Below are positions 9,431-20,205 of a stretch of 64,000 nt of DNA, piece by piece; within the stretch, counting starts at the first letter, position 1; each line of letters starts with the position of its first letter. Below the pieces are notes generated by a model. The model was not told the DNA's origin and made no database searches. It saw only the letters and a list, made by a program, of their open reading frames with translations. Source of the stretch: a virus; the IMG/VR virus record IMGVR_UViG_3300046777_001387, positions 19,697-83,696 of that record. The stretch is one strand, 5' to 3'. Position numbers and translations under genes: made by a program.

Positions 9431-12400
9431 ATGGAATTTAACGTAGAACCATATTATGACGACTTTACGCTAAACGCGAAAGACAATAACTATCTCAAGA
9501 TTCTATTCAAACCCGGATATTCTGTTCAGGCTCGCGAACTGACACAGATCCAGTCTATCCTGCAGAATCAGATCAAGCAGCTGGGAGATCATATCTTCCA
9601 GAACGGTTCCCCAGTTATCGGTGGAAACCTTACGCTTGACAACAAGATCACCTATCTAAAGCTCGACGAAACTTACAACAATGAAGACATCGAGCTAGAT
9701 TCTTTCATTGGTCGAATCATTGTGCGTGACTCGGATGGTGTGGTGCAAGCCAAGGTTATGGCTTCGTATTTCCCATCGGGTGGCGTGCCAACCATCATGA
9801 TCAAGTACCTCAGCGGCGCTGAGTTCTCGGATGGTGATGTGTTTAAGGTTGCCGGCACTACGCTAAAGGCAAAGGCAGTAGACAGTGCTGCGTCGGGCAA
9901 GGGAACGATTGTTTCTATTAACGACGGCATTTTCTACGTTGACGGTTATTTTGTAACTGTTGTTCCTCAGACTGCGGTCGTGGGTGCATACACTCAGAAC
10001 GCTAACGTTAAGATTGGTCTAGAAATCAGCGACGACGTTGTTGATTATGTCGTTGACTCGACCCTATTGGATCCAGCGCAGGCTTCGTTCAACTATCAGG
10101 CTCCGGGTGCAGACCGTTATCAATATAATCTAAACCTTTCGACTCGCCCACTAGAAACTGCGGTTGATGAGTCGAAGTTCTTCGAGTTGATGCGCGTAGA
10201 AAATGGCGCAATCACTAAGCTTGTTCGTTATCCAATCTACTCAGAAATCGAAAAGACTCTGGCGCGTAGAACCTTCGACGAGTCGGGTGATTATACCGTC
10301 AGCCCATTCCGTGCTTCGATTGGAAAGTCCAGCGACGATAACAAGTACATTATTAATATCGAACCAGGAAAAGCCTACGTTAAAGGTTTTGAGTTCGAGA
10401 CGCTGGGCACTCTAAAGCTAGAAGCCAACAAGCCAAGAACCACCGGCATCGACACCAGAGATATTGTTGATATTGACCTGAGCACTTCCTACGGTAATTA
10501 CCTGAAGTTCAAGAACGTTACCGGATCCAGTTCCTCGTTTGTTGATATCAGCGCACTGGAAGTTGTCGACCTTCACTGCGTACCAGTGAACGTTGTCAAT
10601 ACTTCGGATCGTTTCATCTATCAAAATACTAAGATCGGTACTGCACGAGTCAGAAATATCCAAAGAGATACCACCGGTGCAACTGAGTTCACCAGTGACT
10701 TCCGTGTATACTTCACAGATATTAGTGTACAGCCTCGTACACTTATTATGAATACCATTAGCACTGGAATCACTGCTAACACGATTAACCTGACTCCATA
10801 CGCTAGTGCCACTGAGAACGCTTACCAGAATACCACAATCACTATTCTGCCGGTCACTCTGTCGCCTATTGCTAACGTTAATGTGGCGAACGTTTTCGTT
10901 AATTCTACCAGAGTTAATGCTAACTCTACGGTCGCTAACGTATTCTACGATCCAACCACTGGCTTTGCTAACGTTGGAATTGGTACGATTATTAGAGTCG
11001 GCGATGAAGTTCGTCAGGTTGTTAATATTGGCGTTGACGGTGCGGGTAACTATCTGCTGGTCAATAGTGCCTTCACTAAGACGGTTGTTGGATCGGACTC
11101 GACCACCAATCCTCTACAAATCTTCCGTCAGAATGCTTATTCGTCTAACGTAACGAACCAGACTCGCCAGATCGTTCGCTACGACGGCACCACCAGACTT
11201 GCATACTTGGATCGTGCGTTTGATGAAAATGCTGTTCCTGTGCAAAATTCTGTCATCCAGCTGAACTTCGCGATCAAGGATCTCGAGTGCTTCATGGATG
11301 CCAACGGAATCACTGGCGTAGTTAACTGCCACGCTAACGTTTCGCTACAGTCTAAGCTGATCAACGGCGACGTTGAGATGTTCCAGCCTTATGATACTGG
11401 ATTGCTCTATAGACTGCCTGCTCCTTATATCAAGCGTGCTAGCTTGACCAATGTGGATCTAAACCACACCAAGTTCATCCAGCGTTCTGCCAGCCCTGCC
11501 GGCACGTTTGTGATCAATAACGGTAACGGTCTAGAGTCATATGAATCCATTCCTTGGTCAGTAACCAATAGCAATATTGAAGATAATCTAATTGTCTTCG
11601 TTCGTGCTGGTGCTGGAACTGGTGATAATGCAACCGGTAAAATTCTAAACCTAACCACTGCCAACGTTTCTGCATCGGGTAGCGGTATCCAGATTACTGC
11701 AAATACTCTGATCACTGATATTGACGTTTATATCAATATCAAGCAGAACGACGTTCAGACCAGCTACCTGCGTCAAAAGACCTACAGAAGCAATGCTTCC
11801 TTCTCGACTTCGCCATTTAATTATCCGCAGTCGACTGGTGCATTCTCTGCTGACTACACAGTCACGGTTCCAAACATCGGTGCAGTTTCTAAGATCAACG
11901 TTTCCAATGGTCTGATCTTTATTACTAACACCCAGTTTACTAGAATTGACTCTGGTGATGCGATTAATCTGTTCGTTCCAGACGTAACCAAGGTTCGCCG
12001 TGTTCTTAAGGGACAGGGAGAATTCGAGGCTAACTCGACCAATTATGTGGATATTACGGACCACTTCATTGTCGACTACGGTCAGAAGGACGAAATCTAC
12101 GAACACGCCAAGCTTATTCTTAAGCAAGGCTACCCAACGCCAAACGCCAAGCTGCTTGTGCACGTTGACTTCTTCGAGCACACTTATCCTGCGGGCGCTT
12201 CGTTCTTCTCGGTAGATTCGTATTCTGATGCACTGTATCAGTCTGGCGAAATTCCAATCTACACCTCTGCTCGTGGTGGTACATTCTTCCTGCGTGATTG
12301 CTTGGACTTCAGATCAACCCGTAGAATCGGCGTTGCTGACGGATCAATCCAGACCGCAAAGATTCCATCCCCCGATGCATCCACTAGCGTTTCGTACAGA

Positions 12401-13672
12401 TATTACCTACCAAGAATCGATAAGCTAGTTCTGAGCAAGAATAAAGAATTCCGAATCATTGAAGGTATTTCGGCATCTGCGCCAACTCCTCCAGATGATG
12501 AAGAAGGCTCGATGACGCTGTATAACATCTATCTGCCTCCTTATGTTTCGAATATCTCGGATATTCGCTTGAAGTATTTCGATAATAAGAGATACACCAT
12601 GAAGGATATCTCTAGAATCGACAAGAGACTAGAGGCAGTTGAGTATTATACTGCGCTGAACAATATCGAAAGCCGCGCTCTTAACGACGTCACTCTATAC
12701 GAGGACGGCACGAATAAAGAGAAGTATGGTATTATCGGCGAAAACTTTAAGAACTATAACATTGCAGACTACAAGAATAAAGACTTCAATGTTCAGCTTA
12801 AAGAAAACAATATGTCGCCATATTCTGTGTCGAGACCACACACCCTTGAGGTTGTGTCGGTTTCTAACGCTATTGAAAATGGTAAGACCGTCAGCTTGAG
12901 CTATTCGGAAACACCTGCAATTAGTCAGGGTGTGACCAGTAATAAGACTCTATCGGTTCAGCCATTCTTGTTCGCTCAGTTTATTGGAACAATGAAGCTG
13001 ACGCCAGAAATTGACTACTGGGCATCGGAAGAACTGAAGCCAGAAGTTATTCGTGGTCCAGAGGTTACAACGATCGTTAAGGAAATTAACAACAGCGTTG
13101 TGATCCATGAGAAGATTATTGAGAAGCAAATCACTGTCACCGTTCCTGCTCCTGTCAAGAACTGCGATTCGGTGATCATTATTACTCCGGGTGCTGATCT
13201 GCCAAGCGTGGTTCCAGAAGATATCGAGCCTGTGAAGAAGGACGATCCTCCGGTCGTCATTCCTCCGCAGCCAATCGATCCTCCTCCTGCAGCACCTCCT
13301 GCAGACCCAGTTGCTGTTATTCCTCCAGTGTTTGTTCCTTCGCCAACCTATGCAGAACCTCCAACGTTCCAAGAGGACGTCATGGTGGTCGGTCAGGATT
13401 GGGGTGCTGCTACGAGCACCGATACATATAGTGGACAGAATCAAGGTTGGATTGGATCCACCGAGTGGATTCCAGTTATGGATATGTCGGCGACCATGGG
13501 TCAGACACTTGTTGAACCTATGCCTTCGACCCCTGTTCAGGTCTACGATGCACCAATCGTCGCTAGCACCTCTACTGCATTCGCTGGATCTGGTCCGATG
13601 AATCTATCGCTAGGCAGCTATGATAACTACTATGCGATGTTGGCATATTATTATTCAGATTGGTATTTCTAA
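9431..13672 (+). CDS. Large virion structural protein, DUF4815/VrlC-like N-terminal part
   Basis: 'FNVEPYYDDF...YLKILFKPGYSVQARELTQIQSILQNQI', 'APGADRY', 'LARRTFDESGDY' and 'YYLPRIDKL...RYTMKDI'; ends in a Pro-rich tail. Confidence 0.85.
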   Translation: MEFNVEPYYDDFTLNAKDNNYLKILFKPGYSVQARELTQIQSILQNQIKQLGDHIFQNGSPVIGGNLTLDNKITYLKLDETYNNEDIELDSFIGRIIVRDSDGVVQAKVMASYFPSGGVPTIMIKYLSGAEFSDGDVFKVAGTTLKAKAVDSAASGKGTIVSINDGIFYVDGYFVTVVPQTAVVGAYTQNANVKIGLEISDDVVDYVVDSTLLDPAQASFNYQAPGADRYQYNLNLSTRPLETAVDESKFFELMRVENGAITKLVRYPIYSEIEKTLARRTFDESGDYTVSPFRASIGKSSDDNKYIINIEPGKAYVKGFEFETLGTLKLEANKPRTTGIDTRDIVDIDLSTSYGNYLKFKNVTGSSSSFVDISALEVVDLHCVPVNVVNTSDRFIYQNTKIGTARVRNIQRDTTGATEFTSDFRVYFTDISVQPRTLIMNTISTGITANTINLTPYASATENAYQNTTITILPVTLSPIANVNVANVFVNSTRVNANSTVANVFYDPTTGFANVGIGTIIRVGDEVRQVVNIGVDGAGNYLLVNSAFTKTVVGSDSTTNPLQIFRQNAYSSNVTNQTRQIVRYDGTTRLAYLDRAFDENAVPVQNSVIQLNFAIKDLECFMDANGITGVVNCHANVSLQSKLINGDVEMFQPYDTGLLYRLPAPYIKRASLTNVDLNHTKFIQRSASPAGTFVINNGNGLESYESIPWSVTNSNIEDNLIVFVRAGAGTGDNATGKILNLTTANVSASGSGIQITANTLITDIDVYINIKQNDVQTSYLRQKTYRSNASFSTSPFNYPQSTGAFSADYTVTVPNIGAVSKINVSNGLIFITNTQFTRIDSGDAINLFVPDVTKVRRVLKGQGEFEANSTNYVDITDHFIVDYGQKDEIYEHAKLILKQGYPTPNAKLLVHVDFFEHTYPAGASFFSVDSYSDALYQSGEIPIYTSARGGTFFLRDCLDFRSTRRIGVADGSIQTAKIPSPDASTSVSYRYYLPRIDKLVLSKNKEFRIIEGISASAPTPPDDEEGSMTLYNIYLPPYVSNISDIRLKYFDNKRYTMKDISRIDKRLEAVEYYTALNNIESRALNDVTLYEDGTNKEKYGIIGENFKNYNIADYKNKDFNVQLKENNMSPYSVSRPHTLEVVSVSNAIENGKTVSLSYSETPAISQGVTSNKTLSVQPFLFAQFIGTMKLTPEIDYWASEELKPEVIRGPEVTTIVKEINNSVVIHEKIIEKQITVTVPAPVKNCDSVIIITPGADLPSVVPEDIEPVKKDDPPVVIPPQPIDPPPAAPPADPVAVIPPVFVPSPTYAEPPTFQEDVMVVGQDWGAATSTDTYSGQNQGWIGSTEWIPVMDMSATMGQTLVEPMPSTPVQVYDAPIVASTSTAFAGSGPMNLSLGSYDNYYAMLAYYYSDWYF

Positions 13673-13689
13673 TCTTATAAGGCAAAGCA

Positions 13690-16600
13690 ATGTCATCAGA
13701 AAATATTTACGTTCAGCGTGGTAAACTAGTCACTGATTCTTCGTTGATTCCGTTCATCAGAAGACAGGACGTTGCCTTTGAGGCAGATAATCTGCGCCCC
13801 GGAAAGATCGCGAAGTTGTTCTTTGATGACATCGCGATGAATGGGTTCTCGCAGAAAGCCAACAGAATTGTTCTCGACTCAAAGAAAGTTATCTCTGTTA
13901 ACAGTAATAGCTCGTCTATTTTGGCGGGTTATTACGTTTATCAGGGCAGTTCTCCTGCGGTCACTACGTTTACTGCAAACGTTGCGGCGTATGACTCTTC
14001 GTCGACCACTCTGACTATCTCGAATATGAGTGGCAACTTTGATACTAGCGCCACTCTGTATATCCAGAACCTGACTTCCGGAATTATCACGGCACAGGCT
14101 AACGTTGTCAGCTTTATCAATGCTAACACTGCTGATATTTTCTACACCGGCGAAGGTGTTTACTCGCCAAACAATAACGTATACTTCGAGGTTCTTGGAA
14201 CTTCTGGAGAAAATATTCTCTACGTTAACCAGAACTTCACGGTTCTGAACATTGCCAATGCTGACGTAGTAGACGTTCTGAGCACGATGACTAATGATTA
14301 CCAGATCGGTGATCTGGTTTATCAGACCACTCAGGGAAAGAGAAACCCAAACCTAGCAACTTATCTGGGTCGTGTGGTTTGGTATAATCCTGCTGTCGGT
14401 GGAACTAAGCTGGTTCTTGAGACTATTCGTGGTACACTGAACACCAATAACCAAAACTTCACCACCAATCTAGACTGCAGAATCTGGAACGCAACTAACA
14501 CTAGCTCTAGAACAATTCAGGCGACTCATCCTGTAACAATTGATCTTCAAGCTAACAACATTATTATCTCGGTCGAGGATCCTTCGAAGAAGGTTAATGT
14601 CAAGTCCCATATCCACAACTCTGGTGTTATTTCTAACACGTTTGTGAATGGAACTGACATCTATATTAACTCTGCCAATGCCTCGATTGCTGTTGGTAAC
14701 TTGCTATACTTCACTGCCGGAACTGGTATGGGTCAGATCCGTAAGGTTATTGCTGTAAACGGAAATCGCGTTACGCTGAACCTTGCTCCTACTGTGAATG
14801 GAAAGACCTCTACCAAGTATTCTATCGGCAACCATGTCGTTGACGAAAACGGTACGCTGATTGGTATTCTGAATATTCCAGAAGAACCAAACTTCAAGTT
14901 CAAGACCGGCGAAAGAATCTTCACGATCACAGACGCTTCTACAGTAACTGCGTCTGAGTTCACGATGAAGGCATCTGCCAAGTTTACTGCTGGTGGTATT
15001 CTGAACAAGACTCAGAATATCGTAACCACTCCAGTCGGTCAGCCTCTGCCAGAATTTAATCTGGATAATCCTGTTGCGCCTCTGAAGCCAACGGAAAGAG
15101 CATATAACTCTATCTCGAAGCAGCAGCCTTTGACTGATTCAGACTCGAGCAATATTCCTCGCGTTCCTCTGGCGGACGGTCTGTCGCAGACATTCTTCAC
15201 TCCTAAGTCAAGAACCAATAAGGTCAATAATGGTATCTTCGTGACCTCGGTTGACCTGTTCTTCAAGAGCAAGCCAAGCGTTGCGAACGGCTCGTTGCAG
15301 CTACCTATTACTGTCAGAATCGCCCAAGTGGTCAATGGATTCCCAACTAAGAATTACATTGCCTCTTCCACAGTAAAGGCAAAGGACGTAAAGATCTCAG
15401 ACAGCCCTAGCGTTACGGACTCTGCTACTGTCACCAAGTTTACGTTTGATGATCCAGTTTATCTGGCACCGGATAGCGAATATGCATTCGTTGTTTCTTC
15501 TGAGTCGCCAGAATATGAACTGTATATCGCCGAGCTAGGTGGTGAGGTACTAGGTGCGGATCCTCCGCGTCGTATCTCGGAGCAGCCATACGCTGGTTCA
15601 CTATTCCGCGCACAGAACTCTTCGACTTGGACTCCGTACCAGAATGAAGACCTGATGTTTGTGATCAATAAGGCAGTGTTCCAGACCACGGGTTCTGTGA
15701 CTATGCGCTTCTCTGATCCTCCACTTGCATACGAAACTGTCGACAAGATTCTGCTGCACGTTAATGATCTGAGCTTCCCATCCGGCACTATTGACTTCAA
15801 GGTCAAGGGTGTTTGGAAGGCTAACCAGCAGCTAGAAAATTCTTGGAGATATATTAAGCCACAGGTTGAGTTCAACTATGGTTATCTACTAGATCAGTCT
15901 ACTAACCCAGCCTCGTCGAGCAACAATAACTCGAGAATGGTTGTTCACGGTAACGCAAACAGCTTTATCGTTATGGCTGAGTTCAATTCTACGGATACTG
16001 ACGTTTCGCCAGTGTTTAATATGGAATCTGTGTCGCTAACTACTTCGCAGTTCCTAGTTAATAACGCTGAAATGTCTAATAACATTATCTCTATCACTAA
16101 TAGAGGTATTGGTTATCTTGGTAACGCTACTGCGGTTGCTAGCTCGAACGTTCTCTACGGGTCAAGCAGCCCTGATCAGAATAACGCGGCGCAGCTGTTC
16201 AGAATCAATTATCTGAACAATAACGCCAACGTTGGTCTGTATAACGTGACCATCACCGGTGGAAACGGAAGCGGCGCGCAAGGATTTGCTGTCGCTAATA
16301 CTGATGGATCGAATACGGTTAATTATATCGTTGTTCACCCACGCGGCAGCGGCTATATCGAAAACCCAACCATTTCGATCGCGAATGGTATTGCTACGGT
16401 TAATGTTAGAGCAGCTGCTGTGGCTTCTGGTGAAACTGGTAAGTCTGGTGGCAATATTACAGCTAAATACTTAACGAGACAGATTACTCTGGATAAGCCT
16501 TCGGGTGACTTGACAGTTTATATGGACGCTATCAGCACTCCGGGAACTGATATTCAAGTTTACTACAAGGTCTTGGGATCTGAGGATCCAGAAGGATTTG

Positions 16601-16860
16601 CTGATAAGTCTTGGGTTCGTATGCATAAGGAAGTCGACAGAAAGTCGAAGAACCAGCAGAATATTATCGAGCTCAAGTTTAGATCTTACCCAGAAGGCGC
16701 AAATACCATCAACAAGCTGCAGTATACTGAGAACGGTAAGCAATACCCGATTGGTGGAACGTTTACCTCGTTCGCTATCAAGGTTGGTCTGCTAACTTCC
16801 GATACCTCTGTAATCCCTGTCGTTAAGAATCTGAGAATTCTAGCTACTCCAGAGGGATAA
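13690..16860 (+). CDS. Large virion structural protein, DUF4815/VrlC-like C-terminal part
   Basis: 'IPFIRRQDV.F.A..LRP', 'FKTGER.F..TD', 'LSQTF...GIFVTSVDLFF', 'QPYAGSLF..QN.STW...Q.EDL.F' and terminal 'FAIK...P.VKNLRILA'. Confidence 0.85.
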   Translation: MSSENIYVQRGKLVTDSSLIPFIRRQDVAFEADNLRPGKIAKLFFDDIAMNGFSQKANRIVLDSKKVISVNSNSSSILAGYYVYQGSSPAVTTFTANVAAYDSSSTTLTISNMSGNFDTSATLYIQNLTSGIITAQANVVSFINANTADIFYTGEGVYSPNNNVYFEVLGTSGENILYVNQNFTVLNIANADVVDVLSTMTNDYQIGDLVYQTTQGKRNPNLATYLGRVVWYNPAVGGTKLVLETIRGTLNTNNQNFTTNLDCRIWNATNTSSRTIQATHPVTIDLQANNIIISVEDPSKKVNVKSHIHNSGVISNTFVNGTDIYINSANASIAVGNLLYFTAGTGMGQIRKVIAVNGNRVTLNLAPTVNGKTSTKYSIGNHVVDENGTLIGILNIPEEPNFKFKTGERIFTITDASTVTASEFTMKASAKFTAGGILNKTQNIVTTPVGQPLPEFNLDNPVAPLKPTERAYNSISKQQPLTDSDSSNIPRVPLADGLSQTFFTPKSRTNKVNNGIFVTSVDLFFKSKPSVANGSLQLPITVRIAQVVNGFPTKNYIASSTVKAKDVKISDSPSVTDSATVTKFTFDDPVYLAPDSEYAFVVSSESPEYELYIAELGGEVLGADPPRRISEQPYAGSLFRAQNSSTWTPYQNEDLMFVINKAVFQTTGSVTMRFSDPPLAYETVDKILLHVNDLSFPSGTIDFKVKGVWKANQQLENSWRYIKPQVEFNYGYLLDQSTNPASSSNNNSRMVVHGNANSFIVMAEFNSTDTDVSPVFNMESVSLTTSQFLVNNAEMSNNIISITNRGIGYLGNATAVASSNVLYGSSSPDQNNAAQLFRINYLNNNANVGLYNVTITGGNGSGAQGFAVANTDGSNTVNYIVVHPRGSGYIENPTISIANGIATVNVRAAAVASGETGKSGGNITAKYLTRQITLDKPSGDLTVYMDAISTPGTDIQVYYKVLGSEDPEGFADKSWVRMHKEVDRKSKNQQNIIELKFRSYPEGANTINKLQYTENGKQYPIGGTFTSFAIKVGLLTSDTSVIPVVKNLRILATPEG

Positions 16861-16863
16861 ACT

Positions 16864-17073
16864 ATGAAACTGAGAGTCAAAGAAAACGAAAAGCTTGTCA
16901 GAGATTCTACAAACATGGCTATTTTGAACACTGATCCTGACGCTGTGAAGCGTCATGAACAGAAAATGGCTCAGCTGAGAAAGGCAAAGCAGCAGGAAGA
17001 AGAAATAAATAATCTTCGTCAGGAAATCTCCGACATCAAAAGTATGATGCAAGAACTAATCAAGAGACTCTAA
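16864..17073 (+). CDS. Small conserved hypothetical protein (coiled coil)
   Basis: 'LVRDSTNMAILNTD...EINNLRQEISDIKSMM', a small ORF type that usually follows the DUF4815 gene in T4-like phages. Confidence 0.8.
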   Translation: MKLRVKENEKLVRDSTNMAILNTDPDAVKRHEQKMAQLRKAKQQEEEINNLRQEISDIKSMMQELIKRL

Positions 17074-17076
17074 TAA

Positions 17077-19572
17077 ATGGCAAGTACAACAAATATTTCG
17101 CAAGTAGTTACCGCCAATACTTTTGGTCAGTGGAGAATCCAAACCAATCTTTTGGTTAATGATCTCAACGAGGTAACTCGCGGTGAGTTTGTGAAGCCTA
17201 CTGGTAACACAACATTTACTGTCGGAAGTCTAACTCTTGCAAACGCGACAGGAACCATGCTTACGGTTACTGCGGACGCTCGTATTTCTGGCAAGCTAAG
17301 TCTTAGAAACTACGAGCAGGACGGCGGTAACTCGTATTTGTATTCTCAGAGTCCAGATATTCAGTTCCAGAATGCTAACGTTATCTTTCAGGTTGCTGGA
17401 AATACTAGAACCAGATTCCTGTACAATAATACTTTCTCAAGCCTAGCCAACGTCAATGCCAATGGTTATATTGAGACCACTGGCACGTTTGCAAACAATG
17501 GCTTGATTATGAACGTCGCCAACGTACTTACGGTGCAAACTGCATCGGGTCAGGCGAACGTTAATGTTTCCACCAACGTAACTGTTTCAAGAAACACCAC
17601 GACGGGTAATCTGAGAGTTATTGATAGAGCCGATATTTCTTTGGCAAATATCGGCACTGCCTACGTCGACACTCTGTACGTTACTCAGCCGATTATTGCT
17701 CCTTCGGAAAGCGACACGAACCAGTATCGCCTGCGTGCTACATCGAATGATCGCGGCGACGGTTTCTTTGGTGTGAGACTGGGAACCTCGGCGAATGGTA
17801 ATGCTTGGATCAGATTCGACACTACTTCAGGCAACGTTTGGAGAGCAACTTCAAACAGCACCGAAGGAACTTATTACACGCTGCTGACTATGCAGAATGT
17901 GATAACTTCCACTGCATGCACTAGCACTTCTGATGTGGCTTCAGCTGCTTCTGTTAAGCAGGTGTATGACCTAGCGATCGCTGCCGCAGGATCTAACGAC
18001 GCTGCAAATACTGCCGCAAATACCGCAAGAGTTTCTGCTAACGGTGGAAGCTCTTTGGCAGCGCGCCAGCTAAACTTCGTCAATACTTCTACTGTATCGG
18101 TTACTGTAACTTCAGGCGCTGGTGCTGCTGCTGGTAATGCCAATATTGCTCTGAGTGTTATCGGTGCTATTGGTGCCCAAGGCGCGCAGGGCGCTCAGGG
18201 TGCCCAAGGCGCTACCGGTGCAGGAACTCAAGGTGCTCCCGGACCACAAGGTGCTGTTGGATTGCAAGGTCCACAAGGCGCTCTCGGACCGGGAACTCAA
18301 GGCGCTCCCGGACCACAAGGTGCTCAGGGCGCGCAGGGTGCTCGCGGCGGTGTGCCTTATGCATTCTCCAACTCAACCACCGATAGCGATCCTGGTAACG
18401 GAACAATTCGTTACAACAACAGCACAATTGGTTCTGTTTCTCAGTTGTTCATTGACTCTCTGGACAGAACAGGCGTAACTCAGACTGCATGGTTTAATTC
18501 TTGGGACGATAGTACGAACTCTGTAAAGGGATTTGTTACTATTAGAAGTGCCGTAGATTCTGGCGTAGTTACAAATGTGTTCAAGATCACTGGCGCTGTT
18601 ACTGCAGCAACTGGTTACCATAAGATTCCTGTGACCTATGTCAGCGGCAGTATCCCATCCAACGGATCTGAGTTGGTTATGGAGTTTTCTCCAGCCGGTG
18701 ATATTGGTCCCGGAACTCAAGGCGCTCCCGGACCACAAGGTGCTCAAGGTGCTCAAGGCGCACAAGGCGCAGTTGGTCCCGGAACTCAAGGTGCTCCCGG
18801 ACCTCAAGGTGCTGTTGGATCGCAAGGTCCACAAGGCGCTCTTGGAATAGGAGCGCAGGGTGCTGTGGGTGCCCAAGGAGCAGTTGGACAGGTTGGCGCG
18901 CAAGGTACACAAGGGGCTCGCGGCGCACAAGGTGAAAGAGGTGTTCAGGGTGCACAAGGAGCGCCAGGAACTCAAGGTGTACAAGGAGCAACTGGATTTG
19001 GTGCCCAAGGATACCAAGGCGTGCAAGGTGCTGTTGGTCAAACTGGTCCACAAGGTCAAATCGGTCAAACTGGTCCGCAAGGCGTGCAAGGTGCTGTTGG
19101 TCAAACTGGTCCACAAGGTCCACAAGGACAAACAGGAGCCTCTGGTCCAAGCACTGCAATTAATGCAACTCTAGTTTCCTCTGGAACTTATTACCTTGTT
19201 GGCGTTGGTGGATCTGGTACTAACCACACCCCAGCTGTCCAAGGAAGCATAACCTATAACGGTTCGAACGCCACGATTTATGCATATGACTTCGCTGCAA
19301 CTTCGGATGCCACGCTGAAGAACGTTATTGGTTCGATTGAAGATCCTCTGTCCAAACTACACGGCATTAATGGCGTTCGATTCTATTGGAAGTCTGACGT
19401 TGAGCAGATTAAGATGGAAGTCGGTCTGTTGGCGCAAGAAGTCGAAGCAGTTCTACCAAGTGCAGTTGTCCATAATAATGGAAACATGTACGTTCTCTAC
19501 GATAAGATTGTTCCGTTGCTAGTTGAAGCAATTAAAGAACTCGAAGCCAGAGTTAAGAAGTTAGAGGGGTAA
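17077..19572 (+). CDS. Tail fibre with collagen-like segments and a C-terminal intramolecular chaperone (peptidase S74)
   Basis: N-terminal 'NTFGQWRIQTN', Gly-X-Y blocks, and C-terminal 'TSDATLK...VGLLAQEVEAVLP..V...YDKIVPLLVEAIKEL'. Confidence 0.88.
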   Translation: MASTTNISQVVTANTFGQWRIQTNLLVNDLNEVTRGEFVKPTGNTTFTVGSLTLANATGTMLTVTADARISGKLSLRNYEQDGGNSYLYSQSPDIQFQNANVIFQVAGNTRTRFLYNNTFSSLANVNANGYIETTGTFANNGLIMNVANVLTVQTASGQANVNVSTNVTVSRNTTTGNLRVIDRADISLANIGTAYVDTLYVTQPIIAPSESDTNQYRLRATSNDRGDGFFGVRLGTSANGNAWIRFDTTSGNVWRATSNSTEGTYYTLLTMQNVITSTACTSTSDVASAASVKQVYDLAIAAAGSNDAANTAANTARVSANGGSSLAARQLNFVNTSTVSVTVTSGAGAAAGNANIALSVIGAIGAQGAQGAQGAQGATGAGTQGAPGPQGAVGLQGPQGALGPGTQGAPGPQGAQGAQGARGGVPYAFSNSTTDSDPGNGTIRYNNSTIGSVSQLFIDSLDRTGVTQTAWFNSWDDSTNSVKGFVTIRSAVDSGVVTNVFKITGAVTAATGYHKIPVTYVSGSIPSNGSELVMEFSPAGDIGPGTQGAPGPQGAQGAQGAQGAVGPGTQGAPGPQGAVGSQGPQGALGIGAQGAVGAQGAVGQVGAQGTQGARGAQGERGVQGAQGAPGTQGVQGATGFGAQGYQGVQGAVGQTGPQGQIGQTGPQGVQGAVGQTGPQGPQGQTGASGPSTAINATLVSSGTYYLVGVGGSGTNHTPAVQGSITYNGSNATIYAYDFAATSDATLKNVIGSIEDPLSKLHGINGVRFYWKSDVEQIKMEVGLLAQEVEAVLPSAVVHNNGNMYVLYDKIVPLLVEAIKELEARVKKLEG

Positions 19573-19575
19573 CTA

Positions 19576-20193
19576 ATGCCATTGCAAGGTAGCGCAAGTA
19601 CTGGCGATCCTCTAACTCTTAGAGAAATCGCCGGAGAATTTGGAAACGATGGCGGGATCAGTCTTCGAGATTATTATCGAGGAGGTCCACTTGTTTCCAG
19701 TGGCTCATCCTCAAGTATATCTACAAATCCTTCTTCTTTAACCATTCTACAGTTTTTAGGTGCTTCTGCTGTAAGTATTAACTTCAATAACTATACTATA
19801 TCTTCAGTTTCTGAGGTTTCTGGAAGTGCTACTGCAGCGTATGAAATTCATACTAATGGTAATGCATATCAAACGCTACAATACGACAGTGTAAATAGTA
19901 CGACATTGCTGCAGAGTGGAGCAATTGTTCCAGGTTCTGCCACGACGTCATATGAAGTTTACGTTATTCCGTCTACTACTGCTCTGTCGACATATGGAAC
20001 CTTGTATAGCTGGTTACCATTAACAAGTAATCGTGGATGGGGATTAACATACACTGATCCAACCTTTGGTGCTAGCGGTGGAAATGCGACCATAGTTCTA
20101 GATTTCCAACTCAGAGCAACTGGCGGATCAACAATTATCGACAACTGGCAAATTACTCTACAAGCAGCCGTTATTCCGTATCAAGGTTTTTAA
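19576..20193 (+). CDS. Putative fibre-tip adhesin/accessory protein
   Basis: Directly follows the S74 fibre; N-terminal 'LTLREIAGEFG...ISLRDYYRGG' motif; Ser/Thr-rich; AT-richer codons than neighbours. Confidence 0.65.
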   Translation: MPLQGSASTGDPLTLREIAGEFGNDGGISLRDYYRGGPLVSSGSSSSISTNPSSLTILQFLGASAVSINFNNYTISSVSEVSGSATAAYEIHTNGNAYQTLQYDSVNSTTLLQSGAIVPGSATTSYEVYVIPSTTALSTYGTLYSWLPLTSNRGWGLTYTDPTFGASGGNATIVLDFQLRATGGSTIIDNWQITLQAAVIPYQGF

Positions 20194-20205
20194 TAGAGAA
20201 GTAAT

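Noticed and set aside
13660-13700. Programmed readthrough or frameshift joining the two DUF4815-like ORFs
   Set aside because: The ORFs are in different frames with additional stops in the gap and no obvious slippery heptamer, so they are treated as two genes.
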